Source of the DNA: Eledone cirrhosa
Lineage: Eukaryota
Reading direction: 5' to 3'
NCBI GenBank assembly: GCA_964016885.1
Contig: OZ024745.1
Coordinates: 115,568,001 to 115,632,000 of the forward strand
DNA: 64,000 nucleotides
The translations under genes and the position numbers were made by a program. How positions within the stretch are numbered: position 1 is the first letter of the stretch; each line of letters starts with the position of its first letter. Positions 47,437-60,660 of the stretch are shown piece by piece. Under the pieces are notes generated by a model. It saw only the letters and a program-made list of their open reading frames with translations, had not been told where the DNA came from and did no database searches.

Positions 47437-47604
47437 GTTTTGAAACTCGAAGTAAAAGATGGGTTGATAAAATCCATGAAGGAGGTCTATTCCAATGATG
47501 GATCCACACTATCTGCTAGCACAGTAGCTATATTATACCGAAACCAAACACTTATTGGATCTTTGTTGGAAAAATTACTTCTATGTGATATTCGTTATAT
47601 ATAA
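47437..47604 (+). CDS. PON: PON coding exon 9 (terminal)
   Basis: atcag| VLKLEVKDGLIKSMKEVYSNDGSTLSASTVAILYRNQTLIGSLLEKLLLCDIRYI*, TAA 47602-47604. Contains the C353 equivalent. The spliced CDS totals 1071 nt in frame. Confidence 0.95.
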   Translation, partial: VLKLEVKDGLIKSMKEVYSNDGSTLSASTVAILYRNQTLIGSLLEKLLLCDIRYI

Positions 47605-50600
47605 TTTAATGCTACTTTTAAAGTGGATTATAAAATATTCCTTAATTCATTTCTGTTTTTGTGTTTCTTTTTTAAGATATATTTTTGTGGAAAGTTCCTG
47701 TTAGGAAAGTATTTATTTAGTATTTGTTGTTTGTTTTCTTTACATGTAACTCCTGACGGAGTCGCAGGGGCCCTATTGTGACATACAGTGTTTCTTGAGC
47801 AATTCTAAACTTGGCGGAGCTCATTTCCTCTCCAGGTCTGAAGTCAGCCAATTTCTTCCAAAGAAGGAGTGAAAGTAATAGAGAGGAAGTAAGAAAGAGA
47901 TAATAATAATGAAATTATTGTGTACAGTGCTCAGGTGCACTACAGCTCATCAAAGGTGCATGTATAGTACATAGAATAATGTACAAATGTCAGGAAAGCG
48001 AACAGTGTATGAGTCATGATATACATGTGTGTATGGAGCGGGGATATCAGGTATAGTGTTGACGAATTTCAGGAAGCATGGAGGTTTTAAGGGATGCAGT
48101 GTCTCGGCAGCTAACAACTGCTGCAGGTTGTTTGTTCCATGCTTCAGCAAATCTGAGCGTGAAATGTTTCCAAAATTCATGGGAGCTGTGCTGTTTTCTG
48201 ACTTTGTAGAGGAATAATTGACCCCAGTACAAGACTGGTACTTTATTTATCGACCTCGACATGATGAAAGTTAAAGTTGACCGTGGCAAGATTTTAACTA
48301 AGAATGTAGAGGGCTAGAACTAATACGGCAACATTCTATCTGATGTTCTAACAGCTCTGCTAATTCACTGCTTTATTTGGTTTGTTTTATAAGTTGAGGA
48401 ATGCATTGGATGGGGACCTTTTGGTTCTGACTTGAAAATATTTTTTACCAAGACCAAATGTCAGATATTTTACTTGTGGAGTATTGAACGTCTGTGACAT
48501 ACAATAGGTTGTTGCTTGCTCAGTCCATAATTAGATTTGATTTTTTTTAGTTTGAAAGTATGGTAGCATAATACTATGTTGGAAATTTGAAACAGTGCTA
48601 GAACTTGATATCTATTTACAGCTAGGGTCTTAACTTAGTGCAACTTTAATGATAGGATATAAACCATTGTCCCTTTGTATGGTAGACTGAATTCCTATTT
48701 ATATGATTATCTTCAACTGTTAGAAGAAATTAGAAGCAGAGTATCAATATTTTGAAAAGAACTTGAAAAGAACTTGACTTTTACCGACTGAAATTTATTG
48801 AAACTCTGAAAAAGTAGAATTTGCAAAGAAAGTCTGTTTTAAGTTTCGAACTAGAGATGACTTTTACAAGTTATTCTATCAGTGTTGAAGATTGTTTATG
48901 TCATTTGTTTCATTGCTTAGGCAATGAATTGGCAGTCGTTAGGGTGTTGCTTCAGTATTTGTCCTGGTTCACTGTGTTCTCAGTTCAAATCCTGCTGAGA
49001 TCAACTTTACTTTACATTCTTTCAAGGTTAATAAAGTACCAGTCTACTACTGTATCTCTCTCTCTCACACATACACAATTCAACTGTGTTCAGCCCTGAA
49101 AAAGGATAGGCTCTACCGTATTTAAAATTGGCCAGGAAATGCTGCCGGGACAGTACCCCATTTTCCGAGAAAGGAACACAGCATCAATGATTTTTGCAAG
49201 GTCTTTCAGACAAGGAAAAGATCATGACTTATAGATTGTTGCTGTAGGATGCAACACAGGAGTTATTTAGTTATTCTCAAGCTTCAGATCTGGTTTGTAT
49301 TTATGTATGGTCTTGTAATTCCCGATGGAGTCATAGGAGTCCTGTATTAACATACAGTGTTCCAGGGCATTTTTTAAAACCTGGCAGATCCCATCTATCC
49401 AGGTCTGAATACAGCAGATTTCTTCCAGATAATGATAGCGAGTGAAAGAATGGAAGTAAGAAAGAGAGATAGAAGAACAATCGATCCCAGTTCTAGACTG
49501 GTACTTTTTTTTTATCAATCTTGAATGGATGAAAGGCAAAGATGACCTCAGCAGAATTTGAACTCAGAGAGCAGAGAGTGGAAATGAATACTGCAAAGCA
49601 TTCTATCTGATGTTCTAATGACTTGGTCAATACCTGGTCTAAATACTTGCAACAGTGGCCTCAATAAAAGTGCTCAACTGTTGCATCATAGATGAGGCCT
49701 ATTACTTTAGAACAGGTATAGTTCAATGAGCTTCCTGAAGCTAGAGTAGCAAATATTCAAAGTACTGCAATGTGGGAATGTACCATGTGTTTATCAAGTG
49801 AACTTCTTCATCACACTTACATAAGGTTGTTTCTGTAGATCACATCTTTCAGGTTTACTCACATTCTCCTACACTTAAACATATATCATAGATTGGCTGC
49901 AAGTTGAAAAATGTTGTTGTTTAGCTGAAGGGTTGATCTGACTGAACAGAATTATGTGTTCTAGTCATAACCATCCAGTCTTTTAAGGTGTATAGATGGA
50001 AACATTATTCAATCTTTCCTTTCCTAAGATAAAAGGATAGGATTCGAGAGAATTTGGCTGCTATTTCTAGCCTGTCATGTTGTCAAGTAGAGATACTCCT
50101 ATAGCTCATTCTACAAAAGGTTGTACTCATTAGATAAAGGTTGAACATATGTAACTCTCTTCCCATTCAAGGGAGCTGAATCCTTAAACTGGAATGCTAA
50201 GTGCTGTAATTCGTTCGCTGCCTCTAGCCTTATAATAATTAGCAAATATATTTGAAATTTCCGTCAACATTTAACTATGGATGGGTGCTCAGACAGTACA
50301 ATCTTTTCTTAAAGATTTAAAATTTTTGTCGTCTTCTTCTCCTTCTTCACTCACTTATTCCTGAGAGGGTCGTGGGGGCAGAGTCCTCAAGCACTCCTTC
50401 CAGCGAGTCCTGTCAAGCAACCATTTCCAACCGATCTGGCTGGATTTTCAAGTGAGACCAGCTATACTCATGGATGTTATCCAACCATTTTGCTTGGGGT
50501 CTACCTCTGGGTCTCTTGCTTGTTGGTTTTACTCGTAAAATCTGTCCAACGATTCTTTCCTGAGATATTCTAACCACATAACCATAGTATCGGAGCTGTG

Positions 50601-50910
50601 ATCTCTCAATTTAGAGAAGTAGTGTCTCCTACCTGAAGTGACTCTCCGAGCTACGCATTTTATCAAGTAATGTTACTCCAAAACCCTTCAGAGGAACCCA
50701 TTTATGCCGGGGGGGGGGGGGGGATATTAAAAAAAAATTCATAGAAGTAAGAATTGAGTTGTATTGTTGTTATTCACGTAGGTGGAAATATACACACAGC
50801 TATCTGTTGTCTCTCAGTTGTTATTTACTCCTTTAGTGAATTGGCCATAGGGTTATTTACTCCAGTAAATACCACTACATGCCAACCATTAATTTAATTT
50901 GTTTAGAAGA

Positions 50911-51253
50911 TGTAAAAGAAATGACGAATACTTCAGAAACGAGTATCAGTAACGATTTGTATTTATTGAAGTAGCTTGTTACAATTTTGGTAGTGAAACA
51001 TACCTCGTGCCATGATGTGGTGTAATCCTGAGGTATAAGATAGGATTAGAAAAGGTTTAGCATCTGTGCTTAGTGCGGTCAGTTCTAGAGCCTGTTAGTG
51101 AAGAGAGGTAGATTGTCCTTTGCTCTTTCTTTTATAATCTCTGGAACGGAAGTTCAAGGAATATTCTAGAAATTCTACAGGAAGTAACTCTGGCTACTTC
51201 CCTACACTCCCAACCCAGTACTGATAAAACTCACTGATGTAACCATCTTTACA
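50911..51253 (-). mobile_element. Possible solo LTR
   Basis: tgtaaaaga...tctttaca termini, with TATAAAAG and AATAAA on the minus strand. No TSD seen. Confidence 0.3.
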
Positions 51254-51450
51254 TTTTTCAGTCATAGCATATCCCTGATGTCATTTGTTTGCTTATGTTG
51301 TCTCTATGTGAATTAAAAATCTGGAGTTACTTTCCTTGATGGGTAATATAGTTTTATAGCCACTGTTTTCTTATAGCGAATTTGAAATGATTGAGTCATA
51401 ACATTGCTGCAGAGCACAGCACTTTCCTGGTCTTAACACAGACGATTTCT

Positions 51451-51558
<108 letters not shown>

Positions 51559-51925
51559 GAGGCACATGGCTTAGTGGGCTTGCAATTGAAAGGTTGTGAG
51601 TTCAATTCTCAGACCAGGTGATGTGTTGTTTCCTTGAGCAAGACACTTTATTTCACATTGCTCCAGTTTACTCAGCTGTAGAAATGAGATGATAGGACTG
51701 GGGTCCCTATCATTCCACTGCAAAGTGGTCGTGGAAGTACCACAGCAAAAAAAAGCACCCAGCCCACACTGTAAAGTGGACGTGTAGGCGCCACAGAAAA
51801 AAAGCACCCAGCACTCACTATAAATGAGGTTGGTGTTAGGAAGGGCATCCAGCTGTAGAAATCAAGCCAGAATCAGTTCCCGTCCCACCCTTGCAAGCAG
51901 GGAAAAGCGGACGTAAAATGATGAT
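51559..51925 (+). mobile_element. SINE family 2 following a (TC)n/(TA)n microsatellite
   Basis: Matches 22743-23070. (TC)n at 51455-51543. Confidence 0.9.
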
Positions 51926-52000
51926 ATATACCGGAACAAGACAACATTATAGTTAAATGTAAACCGGAAGTTTGCTCCTCTATAATTGATTATTGAATTC

Positions 52001-52140
52001 AATCTGGTGCAGTCTGCTACTAACCCAGGCTCTGCTGTACTTTGGGCTGAGGAAGGTAAACCCCCCAAATATCGGTTGTTCTCCGACAAGTTTGCTATCA
52101 AGCCTGTAGCAGTGGAGATTTCTGGTGTCCTAGGACCACC
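52001..52140 (+). pseudogene. CRE-like REL endonuclease fragment
   Basis: NLVQSATNPGSAVLWAEEGKPPKYRLFSDKFAIKPVAVEISGVLGP. Confidence 0.7.
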
Positions 52141-53179
52141 TCCCTACTCACCACTATTGGCTCTTCCAGCATATCTCCCTCCCCATCCTCCGGGAAAACG
52201 CATTCTCTATTCTGCCTGCTGGGGCTGCAGGGTGGCCAGCACATGGGTCCCCATTTGCTCATAATAGCAACACGATGGAGGAGCGGGAGAGACGGAGGCA
52301 GTGACGGTGGAAATTTAGTTTGTTTGTGTTTGGACCTGGTGCATAAATGTGTGTTTCACATCAATAAAAGTCATAAATATACCTCAGTTTTTTAGCTCCA
52401 GGACAGTACTGGTCAAACCAACCTAATGGCCAACAGAAATGCTGCTATCGATATCTTCTATTTTTAATATCTAGGATAACATGTACCCAGTTTACTCTAA
52501 AGTTGTAGTGCTGGTGAAATGCAGTCAGTACAAGTGGTTGGCATTAGGAAAAGCAGATAGCTGTAGAGACCAGGCCCAAAATGGAATGTAAGAGCAAGAT
52601 GTAGTCCCCTGATATATCTAGACTTGGACCAGAACAACCTGTTTTTTCGATGAGAAAGTGGTAAATGCATATGAAGATGATGATGATGATGGCATTGTCC
52701 AATATGATTTTCTTTTTAAAGATGGAGCAATAGGTTTTGAAGAACATTTGGCTGCTATATCTAACATGTCAAGCAACAAGCCAGAGTCTCTGTTAGTGGC
52801 TTGATATGCTCGAGTAAAACTGAGTATACAGTTTTGTAATGTCAGTAGAAAATAGGGAAAATAACTTTTATATCAGCATTGAAATATCTGCTATTCCAAT
52901 GTTTAAAATATTAATACAACAAATAGTAACTTTCAGACCAGCATGAGACAAAAGGTGAGAAGTGTTGTTGAATACATCCAACCTGATTCTTATTTTATTG
53001 ACTTCAGGATTATGAAAGGCAAATCCTTATGAGGTCGTAGGTGACACCAGGAAAAGCATCTGGCTGTAAAACACTGCCTTAAATTGTCCTATCCCATACA
53101 AGCCAGTATGGAAAAGCAGAAATAAAAACGATTATCATCACAAGGAAAATTTACCTCAGAGAGTAGAGGTTTAAATCTT

Positions 53180-55140
53180 CTTGAGAGGGTCGTGGGGGTA
53201 GAGTCCTCAAATACTCCTTCCAGTAGATCATGTCAGAAGCAACCATCACCAAATGATATCAGCCAAGATCAAGGATGTTATCCAACCATCTTGCTCGGGG
53301 GCTACCTCTGGGTCACCAGCCAGTTGGTTTTGCTCATTAAATTCATGCAGCGATTCTTTCCTGAGACATTCTAACTACATGCCCATACTATCGGAGCTGT
53401 GATCTCTCAATTCGGAGAAGTAGCGGCTCTACCTGGAGTGACTCTCTGATTTCAGAACTGTGCTCATTATCAAGTAACGTTGCTCCAAAGACTTTTCAGA
53501 GGAACCCCATTTTGGCCGCTTGTATTCACAATCACATTCTTTTGGTCATTACCCAAGATTCATGACCATAGGTTGCATGAATAACGAATTGAAGAAAGCA
53601 TGTTTGACTTTCATGCCTACCCCTTTTGATTACTGAATGCCGAAGCTGGTTCATTACTGCACCAGCTCTTGCAATTTTTACACTTAATTTAGTCTCCTGC
53701 CTTCCATCACTCATGAACATGGCCCCAAGATACTTCAACTTCTCTACCTGCTTCAGTGGAACTCCTTTCACATGTAGAGTGCACTTCATAGGCTTTCTTG
53801 AGAGGACGAGTGTCTCAGTTTTCACAGCCCTGATTTTCATTCCAGCCATGCAGCACTCAGCATCAAACCTATCAAGTGCAAGTCGAAGATCATCTTCTGT
53901 CGAGTTAAGTGACACCATGTCGTCTGCAAATTCCAGCTGACTGATTTTACACCTGCCAGTCATGACACCACTTCCAACCTGGCTGTTCATCTAAATAATG
54001 AACAGGAGAGGTGACAGTATGCACCCTTTATGGAGTCTGACTCCCACATTGAATGTCTTCGATATAACACCATTTATCTGAACACAAATACTTGGGCATT
54101 CTTATAGAGACATCAGGGCAGCAAGAAGCTGACCATAAATCCCATACTCCTGCACAGCCTTCCACAGCAGTGCCCGAGGAACACGGTCATATGTCTATTC
54201 AAGGTTGACAAAACAAGAATATACCTCTTGGTAATAATCCTACGATTTCTTGAATACCTGCTGTGCTGCGTCCGGGGCGAAAACCACACTGTTCACTAGC
54301 TTGGATTCGACGATCTCTCTGCATCTCTTTGCCAGACACTTAACATAGACTTTACGAGGGAGGATTAACAAGGAGACCCCTCTGTAATTGGAATCTCTCT
54401 TGCCAGATGTGTTCTTGATAGCAGGTGTGGAGGAGGGCTTCTTATTACGAAGTCGGAGGATCGTTTGCCAGAACACTTTATTTGCTTAACTCCAAAGTCC
54501 TCCCATGTTTTAACATTGGACGCTTTTACTGTTTTTGCTGTGATTTTTTTGTGCCTGTTTATACTGCAAGTGAAAGAAGGAGGAAATATTTCCAAGCCAA
54601 GCTTTGTAAGCCTCCTTCTTTGCTTGGATCGCATCTTTGACCCCTTGATTGAACCACAGGGTCTTGTTGCCATCTGGTGCCACATAAAGCCTCTTTTGCC
54701 CACAGCATTTAACAGTTGAAGCAGAAACTGCTGCACTGAACAATCTCCACTCTGTCTGAACTTCTTCAGTTTGCTCAGGGAGTTCTCTGAATTTGGATGC
54801 AATAGTATCTGACTTTCTTATCCACCAATACTTCCCACTTTATGCTGTAGGTCACCTTGAACCTGACAGTTTTATTGGCTTCTTTGGCTTTAGGTAGTCA
54901 CAAGTTGCAGATAACCAGATGGTGATCAGTTGACAGCTCAGCGCCTCCCTTAACTCAAACATCTTGTATAAAATTAGAGAGATCAGAGACAATAAGAAAA
55001 TCAATTATTTATGGATGTCTCTGTGCTGGAAGGTGTTCATAATAGAGAGTCCATTGCTAGAACAAAAGTCTTGTAAGGCCTCTCCATTCATATTTAGATC
55101 AGAGTCACCATTCCTTCCAATCACACCTTTCCATGTCAGG
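53180..55140 (-). mobile_element. RTE LINE, decayed
   Basis: WKGVIGRNG...NGEAL, NYRGVSLL, FADD, YLG and YGHESW motifs. A second 3' end lies at 50336-50700. Confidence 0.9.
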
Positions 55141-56059
55141 TCATGAGTGCTAACATTTTGTTCTGCTAGAGAATGGGTCACAGGTGGCGGATAGTAATAT
55201 GGCCACCAGATACAATGGCTAGTTGCGATATAAGCGGGCAACTGCTGGACGAATAAGCAGCCACTGACCAACAGTGGTAAACTACTAGGGGAGATGGAGC
55301 AATAGGTGACACCTGTAGCTCCCAAGAAAACTCTCACAACCCAGTGATGTATCTATGACGAGGTGAATAAAGGCCACCTCTAAAAAAAGCCTAGTTTTCC
55401 CAGGTTTTACAAAATACCAGATTGGGGACCTGTGCAAATAAGACCACTGAAACTGAAACTGCAATATGATGAGGTTCAAACCTAAATATGATAATAGATT
55501 TAGTTCAGTGTTTTGCCATTTATTTCACTCCACCACATTCTCATATAACAAAGAAAAGGATTATGATCCCTTCAGTTGATTATATAGTCAACAAAAACAA
55601 GGGTTTTACTCTCAGATTTCCAAGTAGACTCTTACTGTAACTTCAAATATATTTGATGACAATCTTTCTTTTGATTTCATTGTTTTTCATTGTAGAAGTT
55701 TGCATTTCTTGATTTCAAAATTTACATTTCAACATTTACATTTGCTTTAGACAGCACTTTGAGGACTTGAAGCTGCTTCTAGAAGAATATATTTACATCA
55801 AAGTCAATATTTATGGCATTTTCTTTCATCCTTTAAAATTTTGAGATCAACTCACAGCTTGTGTTTGACTTGCATTCTTCCCAGATTAACAATGATAATT
55901 AAATCAGCTATAATTATTTCATATTTCTACCATTTTATACTGTTAAAAGTAGTGGGGAAATTGAACTTGTTCGAAACCTGTAAACAAAAATTCTATTGTT
56001 TACAAATGGTGATATAAAATATATATTGATAACACTGTTGATATTTTATATCAATGTAT

Positions 56060-56803
56060 GTAAATCATGTGTCAAAAATCTATGCCAATGGACAAAGGTC
56101 ACAAGGCATCGACTAGCATTTGACATTCCTATGATTAGCAGGAGCCGAAAAACCATGCAGAAGATTGCTACTTGTGTCTCACAAAGACTTCTGGTTATAG
56201 CAAGAAATTTTGACAGAAAATATGTTACCTAAATCTGGATTCAGCAATTCATCCTGTGCTTCACTTAGATAAAGTACAAGTACAAGTCACCATTTATATA
56301 TTCCACTGGAAGATAAAAGTGATATATGTGTATCAGATGAAAATCATGAACATAACAGTGATACAGTCATTGTAGATACAGCAACCAAGGAACGTGAAAA
56401 CTTCAACCAGGCAGAACTGAATGATTTAGTTAGAGACTTAAGCCTATCAAAAGAGTTATCAGAACTGTTAGCTTCTAGACTTAAAGGGAAGAATATGCTG
56501 CAGAAAGAAACAAATGTAACTTGTTATTGAAACAGGGAAAAAGATCTCTTGGTATTTTTTAAAATTGAAAAAGATTTTGTTTCCTGTTGCGACATGGCGG
56601 GATTGTTAAAAGTCATAGGTGCTCTACAGTATGATCCTCATGAATGGAGACTCTTTATAGATAGTTCAAAGAAGAGTCTAAAATGTGTATTACTCCATAA
56701 TGGAAACTTGTTAGGTGCAATTGCTATTGGTCACTCTGTACACTAAAGAGAAGAATGAAAACATAAAAACTGTATTAGATTTACTCAAGTATGATGAACA
56801 CAA
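56060..56803 (+). pseudogene. DNA transposase relic, probably Sola2-like
   Basis: FDIPM..EPKNH.EDCYLC, FNQAELNDLVRDLSLSKE.SELLASRL and EWRLFIDSSKKSLKCVLLHNGN motifs. The superfamily assignment is from memory. Confidence 0.7.
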
Positions 56804-56804
56804 A

Positions 56805-58490
56805 AGGGGATGCTCTAGATAGGGGAAACTATAGAGGCATTAAGTTAGTTGACCAGATCATGTAGGTCACAGAAAGAGTTATAGTGCAACTAATCAGAGA
56901 GTGAATTGATCTAGATGAAATGCAGTTTGGGTTTGTGTCAGGTAAAAGTACCACAGACACTCTTTTCCTTGTACGACAACTACAGGAGAAGTACCTACCT
57001 AAAAGTAAATCTCTCTACTTAGCTTTTGTAGACCTGGAGAAAGCCTTTGACAGAGTCCCCCGCTCCATTATCTGGGAGGCTCTTAGAAAACTAGGTGTAG
57101 ATGAATGGTTTGTGAGAGCTATACAAGCCATGTATAAAGAAACAGTCAGTAAGTTTAGAATTAACAATGAATATAGTGAAGAATTTAGTGTAAAAGTTGG
57201 TGTTCATCAAGGCTCTGTCCTTGTCTAAGACTAAAGTTCTAGTATGTAGAAAGGAAAATAGGGCACAAGTGTCCTCTGGGGAATGGCCATGCTCAGTGTG
57301 TGGGAAACGAGTAGGTAGAAATTCCATTTTATGTCCCAAATGTAAACTATGGGTACATAAAAGATGTAGTGGGATCGCAGGTAAACTATCTAAGAATGTA
57401 GATTTTATATGTAGCCGATGCTCAAGTGCAATAAGTAACAAGTGCCCACAGGATACTAGCTCCTTCTATTGCTCAGATGGTTCTATAGAAATAGTGGACA
57501 CTTTCCGCTACCTGGGTGACAAAATCAGCAGTGGTGGAGGGTGCTCTGAAAGTACATTAGCCAGAGTCAGAACGGGATGGAAAAAGTTCAGAGAGCTTAT
57601 ACCGCTGTTGGTCACAAATGGTTTCTCTCTAAAAATGAAAGGCAGATTGTATGATACCTGTATACGAACAGCAATGCTACATGGCAGTGAGACATGGGCA
57701 GTGTGTGCAGAGGATCTGTGCAGACTGGAGAGGAACGAAGTATGCATCCGTTGGATGTGTAATAGTAATATACGCAAACGGCAAAACATAAATGAACTAA
57801 GTGAGAAATTAGAAATAAGAGGGATCAGATGCTGTTTACTTGAGAGAAGACTACGTTGGTATGGTCATGTGATGCATATGAAAGACGACAGCTGTATAAA
57901 AAAGTGCAGGGCGATCAAAATTGATGGAAGTTATGGATTAGGTAGACCCAGAAAAACCTGGGACGATTTGATAAATTCTGACCTTACACACTTGCACCTC
58001 ACTAAGACAATGTCACTGGACCGAGATCTTTGGCACCACGCAGTAATACAGAAGACCCGCCTTGCCTATATACAAAGGAAACCTAGGTCAGTAGGCACCT
58101 CTTAACCAAATATACACCCCAATCCACTACCCCTACTCTATCCTCCCACTCCCACCAACACTACCCTTTCTCTGTAAAGTTGGTACCACAATATCCTGTC
58201 CAAATTAATGAGATAATGAGATCGAGATCAAGATCGTGTAGGTGTCACAACAAAAAAACACAGTCCACACTGTAATGTGGTCGTGTAGGTAACACGGTAA
58301 AAAGTTCCCTGTCCACACTGTAAATGTGGTTGGTGTTAGGAAGGGCATCCAGCTGTAGAAAACCTGCCAGATACTCCTATACGAGTGAGACATGGTCACT
58401 CTGCCAACCTTGCCTCAAATTGGGACAACTCCCGTCTAACCCATGCTAGCGTGGAAGATAGACATTAAATGATGATGATGATGATGATAT
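56805..58490 (+). mobile_element. RTE LINE with PHD-like zinc finger and internal deletion
   Basis: NYRGI, QFGF, AFVDLEKAFDRV, GVHQGSVL, WPCSVC...C..C..WVH..C, LHGSETW and GRPRKTW motifs. Tail (GAT)n. Confidence 0.92.
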
Positions 58491-58499
58491 ATATATATA

Positions 58500-59545
58500 T
58501 GCGGGTGTCTGTGACCTATATACACCGGACACAGACACACACGCACACATACACACAGACACACACTCAGAAACCCTTTCTATTTATCAGGATACAGTAA
58601 TACTGTATTCATTTCTTTGAAGTCAGCAGTTATAATTTAATTCAACACCACCAGCTCTCTCTTCCATTTACCTTCTCTGTCTCCTTCTCTCTCTCTCTAC
58701 GTCTCTCTTTCAATCTACTCTCTCACAACTACTATCTATTCCTCTCTATCCTTCTCTCTCTCTCTGTTTATGAAGGTACCCAGAAAAGCCCGTATCTTGG
58801 GAACCCGTGGTCCAATTTACGCGAAACTTGTTTTATTCCATTTGTATTCCCATTTCAGGGTCAACCTCTTTTCAAAGTATTGTCCCATTATGCGCCCATT
58901 TGGTTGTATTACATTACAGACAAGCAAGCAAGCAATCACAGAGTTTTAGTAGTATACTAGACCACCCAGGTCACGCTCACTTCAAAATATAAAAAAAAAA
59001 ATCTTGTTCACTTAAAAATAATTTTAAAATTATTAAAATATACACAGATATGTATATAATGGGAAACGAAACGGGAAGGCCCATATATATACGTGTGTGT
59101 ATGTCTATATATATGTGTGTGTGTATACATATATATATATGCATGTGTGGGTGTCTGTGATCTATATACACTGGTCATAGACATACACACATACACACAC
59201 ACACTCATATATATACACAACACCACCACCAGCTCTCTTCCATTCTCCTTCTGTCTCCCTTCCCTTTCTCTATGTCTCTCTTTCAATCTACTCTCTGACA
59301 ACCACTATCTCTTCCTCTCTATCTCTCTCTTTGTTTATGAAGGTACCCGGAAAAAAAACCCCATATCTCGGGAACCCGTTGTCCGATTTGCGCGAAACTT
59401 GTTTTATTCCATTTGTATTCGCATTTCAGGGTCAATTTCCTTTCAAAGTATTGTCCCATTATGCGCCCTTTTGGCTGTATTACATTACAGACAAGCAAGC
59501 AAGTAAGCAAGCAATCAGAGTTTTAGTAGTATATAGATAGATATA
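58500..59545 (+). repeat. Two diverged tandem copies of a non-autonomous element (Helentron/HINE-like)
   Basis: 58500-58955 aligns with 59145-59535. Both have ccgatttgcgcgaaacttg-like motifs, (CAAG)n and a ttttagtagtata end. Confidence 0.5.
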
Positions 59546-60270
59546 AGATACAAGGAAGTGTTATTACAAGAATAGAGAGTCAGGATTTACACCATGTAAA
59601 CCTAACCAAGGGTCCAGCCATCAAAACTGGCAGCAGTGTAGTAGATAAGGTGATTAAAAAAATGAAGGTAGGAAAGGCAGCCTGTCTTTCGCTGAGATAG
59701 TTAAACTATCCAGTGGAACAGGACACAGACTAGTCACTTCTTTTGGTAAATTAGATAGTGCAGGAATGTGCCATATCCAATAATTGGTATCACAACACCA
59801 TCATCAACTATTACAAGGGTAAGGTAGATGCACTAAAGAGAGGCAATCATAGCGGTATTGTTGGAGCAGATTATAAACTTTACAGAAAGGGTAATAGCAA
59901 AATAAATTAAGGGCAAAATTAACCTTGATGAGATACGATTTGGCTTTCTGCTTGGGAAAAGCACTATTGATGCCACCCTCCTGGTGAGCCAACTGTAGAA
60001 GTATTTAGCTAAGAATAAGTCCCTACACATTGCATTTGTTGATCTGGAAAGAACCATTGACAGAATCCCATGCTCTGTAATCTGTATAAGATATACAGAA
60101 GCAGTCAACAGTAAGGGTACTAAAGAAAGAAGGTTCTCTCCCAAATGTTTGTAAGGCTCACTAGAAGTGGATGAAATGCTGGATGATTTCATTAGTAGTA
60201 GAGGTGGATATACCAAAATGATTATATTCAGCATGAAAACAGGGTGGAAGTTCAAGGAGTTGTTTATTAC

Positions 60271-60660
60271 CTCTTCTTCTTCTTCTTCTTCTTCTTCTTC
60301 TTTTTCTTCTTCTTTTTCTTCTTTATCTTCTTTTTCATCTTCTTCTTAATCTTCTTCTTCTTCTTTTTTATCTTCTTCTTCATCTTCTTTTTCTTCTTCT
60401 TCCTCTTCCTACTACTCACCCTCCTACTACTCCTCGTACTCTTACTCTTACTCTCACTCATCCTACTCCGCATGCTCTCTTCCTCATCCTCCTCATTGTT
60501 CTCGGTCATGCTTGATATAACTGGGCTCCGCGCTCTCAGGCGCATCACGGAATCTGTGCTCCACAGCTTTGATGACATCCTACCATCTAGTGCGTGCCTG
60601 CTGTGGAGTTTCTTCCAGCCCGTAGCTTTTGGCAATAAAAGGTTTCTTTCTGAAAGGGAA
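60271..60660 (-). mobile_element. RTE 3' end with long degenerate (GAA/GAG)n tail
   Basis: LLPKATGWKK...RW.DVIK-like sequence at 60500-60660. Pyrimidine triplet tract at 60271-60495. Confidence 0.55.
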
